A stretch of DNA of 32,000 nt. Source: Candidatus Saccharimonadota bacterium. GTDB taxonomy: Bacteria > Patescibacteriota > Saccharimonadia > Saccharimonadales > UBA4665. Position numbers and translations under genes: made by a program. Shown here piece after piece: positions 23,047 to 31,196 of this stretch. The notes beneath the pieces were generated by a model. The model saw only the letters and a program-made list of their open reading frames with translations, did no database searches and had not been told where the DNA came from. Where the stretch lies: positions 720,001 through 752,000 of the forward strand of contig CP065016.1 in NCBI GenBank assembly GCA_016700375.1, written 5' to 3'. Position 1 is the first letter of the stretch. Each line of letters begins with the position of its first letter.

Positions 23047-23349
23047 CTAGGCCACTTTACCCCAAGGATGAAGCTCGAGACAACTCGTAGTTGCGGTAGG
23101 CCCCACAACAACCGCAACCTCTCCTTTTGTAGTGACGGGAACATTTTGGCCAACTTCAGGAAGTACTGGCTCTTCCATCACATCACATGGCGTAGCGTTA
23201 TCAAAATCTGCAAGCCGTGCCATCCGGCCTAGGTGAAGTTCAAACACCCCCTTACCGCCTACCGAACTCGAGAGTACTTCATGTGGCAGGCCGTCCGTAA
23301 CCCGAGGACAAGCAATGCCGGTATACGGACATCGTGGGATTGTTTTCAT
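23047..23349 (-). CDS. Hypothetical 100-aa protein
   Basis: Strong Shine-Dalgarno (AAGGAAGG, 6 nt before the ATG). MKTIPRCPYTGIACPRVTDG... No family recognised. Confidence 0.55.
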   Translation of the reverse strand: MKTIPRCPYTGIACPRVTDGLPHEVLSSSVGGKGVFELHLGRMARLADFDNATPCDVMEEPVLPEVGQNVPVTTKGEVAVVVGPTATTSCLELHPWGKVA

Positions 23350-23459
23350 CTTATACCTTCCTTTTTGTAATATATCTTACAATTTAGTGTACCATGTCGT
23401 AGCAAGTAGTCCCAAGTTAACCTCTGTTCTTTTGCACTAAAAAAGTTATACTTAATACT

Positions 23460-26294
23460 ATGAACACGGTGGGGGAAGACAAACAGCTACATTATTACCG
23501 GTTGAGCCCAGCAGAGGTACTGAAGCAGGTTCAGTCGGACGAGCAAGGAATTAGCGCACACGAAGCGGCGGAACGGTACGAGCAACTCGGGCCAAACGCA
23601 CTCGATGTCAAAAAGAAAGAATGGTGGGTCATGGGCTACGCCCGCCAGTTCCGCGACTTCATGATACTACTCTTGGTTGCAAGCTCTGGCTTGGCATTTT
23701 ACTTAGGCGATAGCCGAGCGGGCATTGTGCTACTCGCCCTCGTTTTCTTCAACACTATGATTGGCTATCTTCAAGAATTCAAAGCCGAAAAACTCATAGA
23801 ATCACTGGAAAAACTGGTTGTGGCAAAAGCCAAGGTGCAGCGCGTAGGCAAAGAGGTGGAAATTCCCTCGTACGAACTGGTTGTGGGCGATGTTGTCCGT
23901 ATAGAGGCTGGCGACAGCGTACCGGCCGACCTGCGAGTACTGCGCGAAGACGAACTCACCACCAATGACTTTGCCCTCACCGGCGAAAGCAACCCAACGC
24001 GCAAGTTCAAACACGCCCTATCCGGTACCGTTCCCCTTTCTGCCCGCCAAAATCTGGTCTTCATGGGCACCACCATTGCTACCGGCGAAGGGTACGGAGT
24101 GGTTGTCGCGACCGGCATGCATACCGAGCTCGGGCGTATTGCCAGCCTCAGCCAAGAAACCAAAAAATCTCTCAGCCCGCTCCAAATGGAAATGAATAAC
24201 ATTGCTACAAAAGTCACCTGGGGCACCGTGCTACTCTGCACTATTCTGCTGCCAATAGCCATTGGTGCCGACCTTGGCATAAAAGACGCCATACTTTTTG
24301 CCATAGGCATTGCCAGTTCCCTGATTCCGCAGGGGCTGCCCGCCGAAATCAATACTGCTCTGGCCGGAGCAGCCGGCAAGCTCGCCCGCGCCCGTGCCCT
24401 CGTGAAAAAACTGAGTGCTGTTGAAACGCTGGGCGCAACCAATGTCATCCTTACCGACAAAACCGGCACCCTTACCAAAAATGAAATGACCGTCGAGCAA
24501 ATTCTCATAGGAAAGACAGAATACGGGGTCACCGGCACTGGCTACGAAACAAATGGAGTTGTCACTAACAGAGACGGAAAGCCAGTCCCAGGTAAAAAAC
24601 TCGAAGAAATGCGAATATTTTTTGAAACCGCCGCTCTCGCTAGCAACGCTCAAGTCAATCCACCCGACGACGAACATGCTACCTGGCATGTCATTGGCGA
24701 CCCAACTGAGGGCGCCCTCATTACCCTTACCCGCAAAGCTGGGGTAGAACCAACCACGCTCAATACTTCCTACCCCGAAACCAAAGAATACGCCTTTGAC
24801 TCCGCCCGCAAACGCATGAGCAGTGTGCGCGAATACAACGGCAAGCAATATTTGTTCGTGAAAGGCGCGCCTGAAAGCGTTATAGAGCTTTCGACAAAGC
24901 TCTGGGACCACACCTTCACGCGTACAATGACTGAGAATGACACCAAACGCCTGCTAGCCTACCATGAAGAGCGCGCTGCTGCGGCCCAGCGAAACCTAGC
25001 GCTCGCCTACCGTGAACTGCCCAAAGGTTTTGAGGCTCATAAACACCCCTTAGAGGATGCCGAGAAAGAGCTGACGTTCCTGGGTATGGTGAGCATGATT
25101 GACCCACTGCGCGATGAAGTCCCTGCCGCCATGGTTGCCGCACGCGAGGCACACATGGCTATTTCTATCATTACCGGAGACTTCGCTACAACCGCCCGCG
25201 CCATAGCTGTGCGCGCCAAACTCGCCGACAAACCAGAACACCTGACGGTGGTAGCTGGCGAGGATCTTCCCGAACTCAGTGACGAACAAATTTTGGCTCA
25301 CGTAAGACGCGGTGGCACCATTTTTTCCCGTGTAGCTCCCGAAGACAAACTCCGCATAGTCGAGCTAACCCAAAAAAGCGGCATGGTAGTGGCCGTAACA
25401 GGCGATGGCATAAATGACGCGCCCGCCCTCAAGCGCGCCGATATAGGAGTCGCAATGGGCGTTACTGGTACCGATGTGGCCAAACAGTCGGCCGATATCA
25501 TCCTACTCGACGACAGCTTTCATACCCTTGTCGGCGCCGTGCAGCAAGGCCGCACTATTTTCCGCAATATCCAAAAGGGAACGCTCAGTTGCTTCACCAG
25601 TAACTCCGCAGAGCTTGTCGCAAACCTTGCCAGCCTCGCGGCGGCAGCCGCATTTCATATACCGCTTGCTATTACCGTCATGCAAATTCTAGCTATAGAC
25701 CTCATAGCCGAATTATTTCCCATAGCCGCACTCGGCCGCGACAAAGGCGAGGGCAAGCTCATGAAAGAACAACCGCGCAAGCTCAATCACCACATACTAA
25801 ACCGCGTCAGCATAACCGACTTAGTGTGGGCAGGCTTGCTTATGGGCTTGCTCGCCTTTGGCAACTACCTGTTTTACTATTGGCGACATGGCCTGTCTGC
25901 TTCGCACATAGAACCAGGCAGTCTCATACATATGGGGGCCACTAGCATGACCTACCTTTCGATTGCGCTTATACAGCTCGCTAACATCTTGCAGCGACGC
26001 AGCGAACACGGCCTGTTTACGCGCTACCAGTTCCATAACCGCACTCTGTGGGGCGCCTACGCCCTTTCGCTGACACTCGTCTGCCTCATCATTTACAGCC
26101 CCATCAACCACTATTTTGGTAGCGCGCCCCTAGGTTTCCTTGACTGGATGTGGGCGCTCGTTGCGGTCGGCATTTTTGTGTTCATACGCGAGCTTCACAT
26201 TCATGCCCGCAAACACTCGCGCACCGCTCTATTTACCCATCATGGTCACGACACCATTCGCAAGCATTTGTCTGCTGCGCGCACCAGCAAATAG
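23460..26294 (+). CDS. Cation-transporting P-type ATPase, P2 subfamily (ion specificity unresolved)
   Basis: TGES (LTGESNP), DKTGTLT (D333, nt 24456), KGAPE, MIDPLRDE, TGDGINDAPALKRADIGVAMG; Cation_ATPase_N-like N-terminus; 10-TM topology. TM4 reads IPQGLPA instead of PEGLP. Confidence 0.96.
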   Translation: MNTVGEDKQLHYYRLSPAEVLKQVQSDEQGISAHEAAERYEQLGPNALDVKKKEWWVMGYARQFRDFMILLLVASSGLAFYLGDSRAGIVLLALVFFNTMIGYLQEFKAEKLIESLEKLVVAKAKVQRVGKEVEIPSYELVVGDVVRIEAGDSVPADLRVLREDELTTNDFALTGESNPTRKFKHALSGTVPLSARQNLVFMGTTIATGEGYGVVVATGMHTELGRIASLSQETKKSLSPLQMEMNNIATKVTWGTVLLCTILLPIAIGADLGIKDAILFAIGIASSLIPQGLPAEINTALAGAAGKLARARALVKKLSAVETLGATNVILTDKTGTLTKNEMTVEQILIGKTEYGVTGTGYETNGVVTNRDGKPVPGKKLEEMRIFFETAALASNAQVNPPDDEHATWHVIGDPTEGALITLTRKAGVEPTTLNTSYPETKEYAFDSARKRMSSVREYNGKQYLFVKGAPESVIELSTKLWDHTFTRTMTENDTKRLLAYHEERAAAAQRNLALAYRELPKGFEAHKHPLEDAEKELTFLGMVSMIDPLRDEVPAAMVAAREAHMAISIITGDFATTARAIAVRAKLADKPEHLTVVAGEDLPELSDEQILAHVRRGGTIFSRVAPEDKLRIVELTQKSGMVVAVTGDGINDAPALKRADIGVAMGVTGTDVAKQSADIILLDDSFHTLVGAVQQGRTIFRNIQKGTLSCFTSNSAELVANLASLAAAAAFHIPLAITVMQILAIDLIAELFPIAALGRDKGEGKLMKEQPRKLNHHILNRVSITDLVWAGLLMGLLAFGNYLFYYWRHGLSASHIEPGSLIHMGATSMTYLSIALIQLANILQRRSEHGLFTRYQFHNRTLWGAYALSLTLVCLIIYSPINHYFGSAPLGFLDWMWALVAVGIFVFIRELHIHARKHSRTALFTHHGHDTIRKHLSAARTSK

Positions 26295-26304
26295 CCTCTT
26301 ACTC

Positions 26305-26880
26305 TTATGAGCCAAATACTCGTGCGCGAAGCAAGAATAGACGGCTGAGCAGTATGGGGATAAATACATGTATCCCCCCGCATACGACAAGCAGAATACC
26401 CGAAATAACATCACCAGAAACTACTAGTTCTTTGCCAAGTTTATCGAGGTAAGGGATGGCAAAGGAAAGACTCAATACAACCCAAACAATTAGTCCTGCA
26501 AGCGCAATCGAACGTACGAGCAAGCGAATCACTTCCACTCGATGCGCCTCCCCAGCTGATTTTGATGACATAGGGGCAATATATTGCTTAAAATCCAGCT
26601 CTGAACGAAAAGAATGTACAAGAAAAACCAGCAGCCCGGCAATCGCATAACCCAGAGCTCCTACCAATGCCCAAAACAAAAAAACTCCAAAACCATTCAC
26701 CGCATCATTGTCTAACCGATACCCAACCATTGCAACGTACCCAAGCGCAATGTCGCCCGAATCAGTCGAAAAGAATCTCTGACGTATCAACGTGACATTT
26801 GCCAGGGCAGTAAGTAAGAGCACCAGGAGCGGCAGCCCGATGCATTGTATGGCAGTTGGTAAATATATTTTGGGTTTCAT
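26305..26880 (-). CDS. Hypothetical membrane protein (~4-5 TM helices)
   Basis: 191 aa, hydrophobic segments throughout. It lies 9 nt downstream of the PBP gene on the same strand. Confidence 0.55.
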   Translation of the reverse strand: MKPKIYLPTAIQCIGLPLLVLLLTALANVTLIRQRFFSTDSGDIALGYVAMVGYRLDNDAVNGFGVFLFWALVGALGYAIAGLLVFLVHSFRSELDFKQYIAPMSSKSAGEAHRVEVIRLLVRSIALAGLIVWVVLSLSFAIPYLDKLGKELVVSGDVISGILLVVCGGIHVFIPILLSRLFLLRARVFGS

Positions 26881-26889
26881 AATGCTTCG

Positions 26890-28038
26890 TTATTGTATCA
26901 CTTTGTGGTGAGTCAAAGTAGCCACTAACTGTGCCCAAACATTCGCAGCTGCCCTGCTCGCATAGCTCTGCGTAATTGGGTTTGTAAGCCGGACCAGTAG
27001 AATATACTCTGGCTCATCCTTCCCATAGTAGCCTATGTATGTTCCATTATTACTATCCGGATTATAGGTCCCTTCGCTCTGGGCAATAGGCGCCGTGCCA
27101 CTCTTACCGCCAGAGATGTGCCCTGGAATACTTCCACCAGGGTTACTAACTAGGAGAGCTTTCTGCAGCAAAAATCGCATCGAGTCAACCGTATGCTGAG
27201 ACATAATCCTAGAACCCTTATGTAAAGTGCTGTTTGTATCTTCGCACAGAAACGGACGACGATAGTTTCCATCACCAACTACCGCAGCATATGCGGCACT
27301 AAGTTGCGCCGGCGATATAGTGAGACCAATCCCGAATGCTGTTTGCGCATACCGGTATCGGGCATCTGGTATGCCTACGGGCGGGACGGTGCCAACTTTA
27401 TCTATCCCTTCCACCGCAAATCCAGCCGTGCCAAAATTGTAACGATCTGTCAGATAGTCATGCCACAAACCCCTTGTTTGTGCTCCCAGGCTATCCCCTC
27501 CCATTCTCTGAAGCACATGCACTGCCCCGGTATTAAGTGATAGCACAATAATATCTTCCAAGCTTTTGTGTCCAGTACCATGAGCGACTGCATTGACGAT
27601 TGTCCTGCCGTCGACGGTAACCTTATCTGCGTCATAATACGAAAATGACGGTGTAATCTTTCCTTCGTTAAGTGCCGCCGCAACAAGGAGTGGCTTCATG
27701 ACCGAGCCAACCTCATAGGGGGTGCCGGCTTCTGCCATTGCGCTGCTCGTTTTCCCTTCGACATAATCCGAGGCGGCAACTATCGCACCGGACCGAACAG
27801 ACATAATCATAATGAAACCAGCCGGTGCGTGATACTCCCTTACTGCCTTCTGTAAGGCTACGGCGGTTGCCGACTGTATCCTGTCGTTGATTGTCGTACC
27901 TAGTGCGCCACAGGACAAACTCTGAGCTTGTAGCGCAGCGTTATGCACGCGTATTGGGAGCAATACGCTTACCGCTACGCCGGCTACCAGCACACATGCC
28001 GCCCCTCTACCGATATTTTTATGTAACTTTCGACGCAT
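26890..28038 (-). CDS. Penicillin-binding protein, transpeptidase domain only (N-terminal TM anchor, no pedestal/dimerisation domain)
   Basis: SxxK = SVMK (..YEVGSVMKPLLVAAAL), SxN = SLN, KxG = KSGTA. Only 382 aa. Confidence 0.85.
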   Translation of the reverse strand: MRRKLHKNIGRGAACVLVAGVAVSVLLPIRVHNAALQAQSLSCGALGTTINDRIQSATAVALQKAVREYHAPAGFIMIMSVRSGAIVAASDYVEGKTSSAMAEAGTPYEVGSVMKPLLVAAALNEGKITPSFSYYDADKVTVDGRTIVNAVAHGTGHKSLEDIIVLSLNTGAVHVLQRMGGDSLGAQTRGLWHDYLTDRYNFGTAGFAVEGIDKVGTVPPVGIPDARYRYAQTAFGIGLTISPAQLSAAYAAVVGDGNYRRPFLCEDTNSTLHKGSRIMSQHTVDSMRFLLQKALLVSNPGGSIPGHISGGKSGTAPIAQSEGTYNPDSNNGTYIGYYGKDEPEYILLVRLTNPITQSYASRAAANVWAQLVATLTHHKVIQ

Positions 28039-29236
28039 GTCTATCTGCTAGTTTAGTAGGGCAAAAGGCTGCAAATAAAACCATAAAGTATAACAAGGTC
28101 AGCTCAAGGCTCGGCGTATTGCATAGAGCATTTGCTATCAAAATGCCAAACAATGCCAACATGAAATAGCCACGTCTACGCACGTATCTATGCACTGCAA
28201 TAATCGTAAGTACCATCAAACTAACAGAGGTTACAAGACCAAAGTAATACGCAACGTCAAAGTAAAGACTGTGGGTGGACATAAAGAGCTCACCTGTGCG
28301 TAGGCTTTTCTTTATATCTTCTGGGACCTCATTTTGATTATTGATGGCAGGAGGAAGACTGTTCGCCCCGTTCCCGATAACGCTGTTGTGTTTTACGATA
28401 TCGAGTCCCGATGTTTTGTATAAACTCAGTCGATACGAAACACCACGGTTTACGCTTGAAGCCCCAAAACGATCAAAATAATTGGTTTCTAGTCTAGGCA
28501 AAACAGAAACAGCCAGCAGTGTGAACAGTGCAATTCCGACGACAATCTTACTTCGTTTCCACGCCACCATAACTGCTCCTGCCGAGAGCACGGCCAAGAC
28601 AAAATAGCTAATCCTTGACTGTGTCAAAACCACCGTAGCAGCAGCCACGAACGCAAGCGCACAGCTCATCCCTTTCCAGAAAAGTTGTCTGTGCACCGAA
28701 ATGGACTTCAGGCCAATAGCATACGCAATACTCGCAAACATACCCATTGATGTTGCCTGTAGCAACAATCCACTGACACGAAAGCCGTATCGTATATAGA
28801 ACTGATTGATATACAGTGAGCCAAGCATACAAACAATCATGACGAACAAAGTTATCTTCGATCGCACAGCTTTCTGAGCAATATCCATAAGACCTATCGC
28901 CAAAGTTAAAAATGAAACCCAGGTCACTAATCCTAGATACTCCGGGGTGAGCCCAAACAGACGAACTTCTACGATATCTGGCGAACGCACGGTCGAAAAC
29001 ACCATCATAACGGTCATAAACGTAGTCACGTACCGGACAAGCTTCGGTAGGCCATACCAGTTCTGAACAAGCTGGTGTCGCATACTGGTGCTCACCACAA
29101 ACAATGCTGCAAGCAACAAGACAGAAAACCGTATTGCCCGGCTCACAAGCGGCTGATCTATGACATAGAAAAGTGGCAGAGCAAGAAGCGTACAAAATAA
29201 AAGCAGCCTCAAGTCGACTGCTTTTATTTTTTTCAT
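28019..29236 (-). CDS. O-antigen ligase / Wzy-like polytopic membrane protein
   Basis: ~10 TM helices. ..LTQSRISYFVLAVLSAG.. and ..RLSLYK..IVKHNSVIGNGANSL....STHSLYFDVAYYFGLV follow the Wzy_C pattern (SRGa.., GxGxGxF, HN.yl....G..G). 20-nt overlap with the PBP gene. Confidence 0.55.
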   Translation of the reverse strand: MKKIKAVDLRLLLFCTLLALPLFYVIDQPLVSRAIRFSVLLLAALFVVSTSMRHQLVQNWYGLPKLVRYVTTFMTVMMVFSTVRSPDIVEVRLFGLTPEYLGLVTWVSFLTLAIGLMDIAQKAVRSKITLFVMIVCMLGSLYINQFYIRYGFRVSGLLLQATSMGMFASIAYAIGLKSISVHRQLFWKGMSCALAFVAAATVVLTQSRISYFVLAVLSAGAVMVAWKRSKIVVGIALFTLLAVSVLPRLETNYFDRFGASSVNRGVSYRLSLYKTSGLDIVKHNSVIGNGANSLPPAINNQNEVPEDIKKSLRTGELFMSTHSLYFDVAYYFGLVTSVSLMVLTIIAVHRYVRRRGYFMLALFGILIANALCNTPSLELTLLYFMVLFAAFCPTKLADRHASKVT

Positions 29237-29254
29237 GCTACCTAACACGTCGGA

Positions 29255-29665
29255 CTATTTAGAGCAGGAGTAGCGAATTCCGCAGCCACTGGCAAGCTTA
29301 GCCCATGTTTTGTCGCCGACAACTCCATCGGGATTTAGACCCTGACGTTCCTGGAACCGCTTTACCGCATCTAGCGTCTTTCCCCCGAAACTACCATCAA
29401 TTACCAGCTTTGAGATTGGGATACTCTGGTATGATATCCACTGATTCAGCGCATATTGCAGCGCCTTCACGCAGTTCCCTGTACTCCTATATCGAAGAGT
29501 TGGTGTTGGATCCTGATTACATGTATACGGTGTAGAGCCGCTCATGTAGCTGTAGGCACTACTTTTCATTGCCAAGTAAGTACCTATCCCACCGACAACA
29601 AACACAGCAATTATTGGGATTACCAAATGGTGGCTGAAACCTTTTTGGTTCAATTTAATAAACAT
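29255..29665 (-). CDS. Peptidoglycan-binding (PG_binding_1) domain protein with an N-terminal TM anchor
   Basis: ..VKALQYALNQ..IDGSFGGKTLDAVKRFQERQGLNPDGVVGDKTWAKL. Start at ATG 29665 with GAGGAG upstream. Confidence 0.8.
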   Translation of the reverse strand: MFIKLNQKGFSHHLVIPIIAVFVVGGIGTYLAMKSSAYSYMSGSTPYTCNQDPTPTLRYRSTGNCVKALQYALNQWISYQSIPISKLVIDGSFGGKTLDAVKRFQERQGLNPDGVVGDKTWAKLASGCGIRYSCSK

Positions 29666-29796
29666 TATTTTCTCCTCTCGGTATTGATTGTTTCGATACG
29701 TTCTAAGCATAAGTTCAACAGCGTACAAAGTCAATATTGAATAAATATATTACCGAACGGATCGTCGTTATGACTCCCTAGTGCTAAAATACTGGT

Positions 29797-30360
29797 ATGA
29801 AAGATGTAACAATTATTGCCCTCGTGGGTATGCCAGGTGCTGGTAAAGGTCTGTGTGTTGCATATCTCGAGCAAAAGGGCTGGCCAAGCGTATACCTGGG
29901 CGGAATTACCGTAGATGAAGTTAAGCGCCGCGGCCTAGAGGTCAATGAAGCAAATGAAAAGATGGTGCGCGAAGAACTCCGCACAAACGAGGGCATGGAC
30001 GTCATGGCCAAGCGCATATTGCCCAAAATAGACGCGCTAGTGAGCGAGGGTGCACGTACTGTTATAGCCGACGGTATATATAGCTGGGCAGAATACAAAG
30101 TGTTCAAGGAGCGGTACGGCAAAAATGCTGTCATTATCGCCGTGGCGAGCGCGCGCCAGACACGACACGAACGTCTGCGTAACCGCCCCGTTCGGCCGCT
30201 AAATGAAGAGGAGGCCACCGCACGCGAATACGCCGAAATAGAAAATAGCGATAAGGGCGGCCCCATTGCAAATGCCGACCATACCGTCATCAACGATTCC
30301 TCTCCCGAGGAAACATACGCTCAGCTCGAAGCCATTCTCCGTGCGCACAGTCTTGCCTAG
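29797..30360 (+). CDS. P-loop nucleotide kinase-like protein (dephospho-CoA kinase / NMP kinase-like)
   Basis: Walker A: IIALVGMPGAGKG. Size and layout of small nucleotide kinases. Extended -10 TGcTAAAAT (29782-29790) 6 nt upstream of the ATG. Confidence 0.6.
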   Translation: MKDVTIIALVGMPGAGKGLCVAYLEQKGWPSVYLGGITVDEVKRRGLEVNEANEKMVREELRTNEGMDVMAKRILPKIDALVSEGARTVIADGIYSWAEYKVFKERYGKNAVIIAVASARQTRHERLRNRPVRPLNEEEATAREYAEIENSDKGGPIANADHTVINDSSPEETYAQLEAILRAHSLA

Positions 30361-30419
30361 GAAAAGTGGAACGAGGTAAAACTATTCTCTGTTAATTTCG
30401 CATCCCAGACGAAATAGCA

Positions 30420-31196
30420 CTACAAGTTAATCCCGAGGACAGCGGCAAAATCAACGTAAGAATCACGGATTATATCGGGCTGATAATCAGCAGTCGCTAG
30501 GCCCTCGGGAGCGAACCGCGAGGTAATGCCGCACGCGTACAAGCCAGCTTGTTTGGCAGATGCAATGCCTTTCGGGTCATCTTCGAACGCCAGTACCTGC
30601 AGCCTGTTTTCATCTGCCAAACCGAGCGTGTCGAACGCTGATTCAAAAGACTCGGGGTCTGGTTTGGCATGCACGAAATCCTGTCTGGTAATAACCCGGT
30701 GTTCTGTAAACAACGTATCGAGCTTAGTCATTCGCAGAAATGCCCATACGTCTGCCCGCTGCGCGCCACTGGCTATAGCAATTGCGCCGTCCGTCAGCAC
30801 ATACACTGCCTTCACAAACTCCACCGCCATCGGCAGCGGCGCTCCAAACTCATGTAAAACCGGCTCGTATAGTTCGTGTTTACGCTGCGCAATTTCCTGG
30901 AGCAGGGCATGTTTGTGGTCAATAACCGGTGATTGAACCAGGCCAAGCTCATAAAACAGCTGCCATATGCCACCCTCTATACTATGCTCACGAGCGCGCT
31001 GTATGACGTGCTTGTTATGTTCCTCTGTCGTTTCAGCCAGCTCACGAATACCGTACTTCTCACCAACTTCACGCAGGGCAAGTAGCCGTGCATATTCGTG
31101 CAGGCCAAGGTTATGAGTCTTCGGGTAGTTGTCGAGAAGCGTGTCGTCTATGTCAAAAATAGCGCCAAGCGGCTGGAACGGAAGCATGTCAGACAT
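30420..31196 (-). CDS. HAD-superfamily hydrolase (DxDxT type)
   Basis: AIFDIDDTLLDN (motif I), ..IASGA.., ..KPDP.., ..FEDDPKGIASAKQAG. Its ATG shares one base with the upstream gene's TGA (TGATG). Confidence 0.8.
   Translation of the reverse strand: MSDMLPFQPLGAIFDIDDTLLDNYPKTHNLGLHEYARLLALREVGEKYGIRELAETTEEHNKHVIQRAREHSIEGGIWQLFYELGLVQSPVIDHKHALLQEIAQRKHELYEPVLHEFGAPLPMAVEFVKAVYVLTDGAIAIASGAQRADVWAFLRMTKLDTLFTEHRVITRQDFVHAKPDPESFESAFDTLGLADENRLQVLAFEDDPKGIASAKQAGLYACGITSRFAPEGLATADYQPDIIRDSYVDFAAVLGINL

Noticed and set aside
23771-25501. Minus-strand ORFs of 255, 226, 83, 78, 67 and 64 aa inside the P-type ATPase gene
   Set aside because: They are antisense shadows. All diagnostic P-type ATPase motifs are on the plus strand in one 944-aa frame.
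28608-30293. ORF 28608..29195(-) (alternative frame within the Wzy-like gene) and ORF 29784..30293(-) (opposite the kinase gene)
   Set aside because: The Wzy-like frame gives coherent TM helices, whereas the alternative frame is Cys/Tyr-rich. The plus-strand kinase frame has a Walker A motif and a promoter, whereas the antisense peptide is Ser/Arg/Pro-rich.
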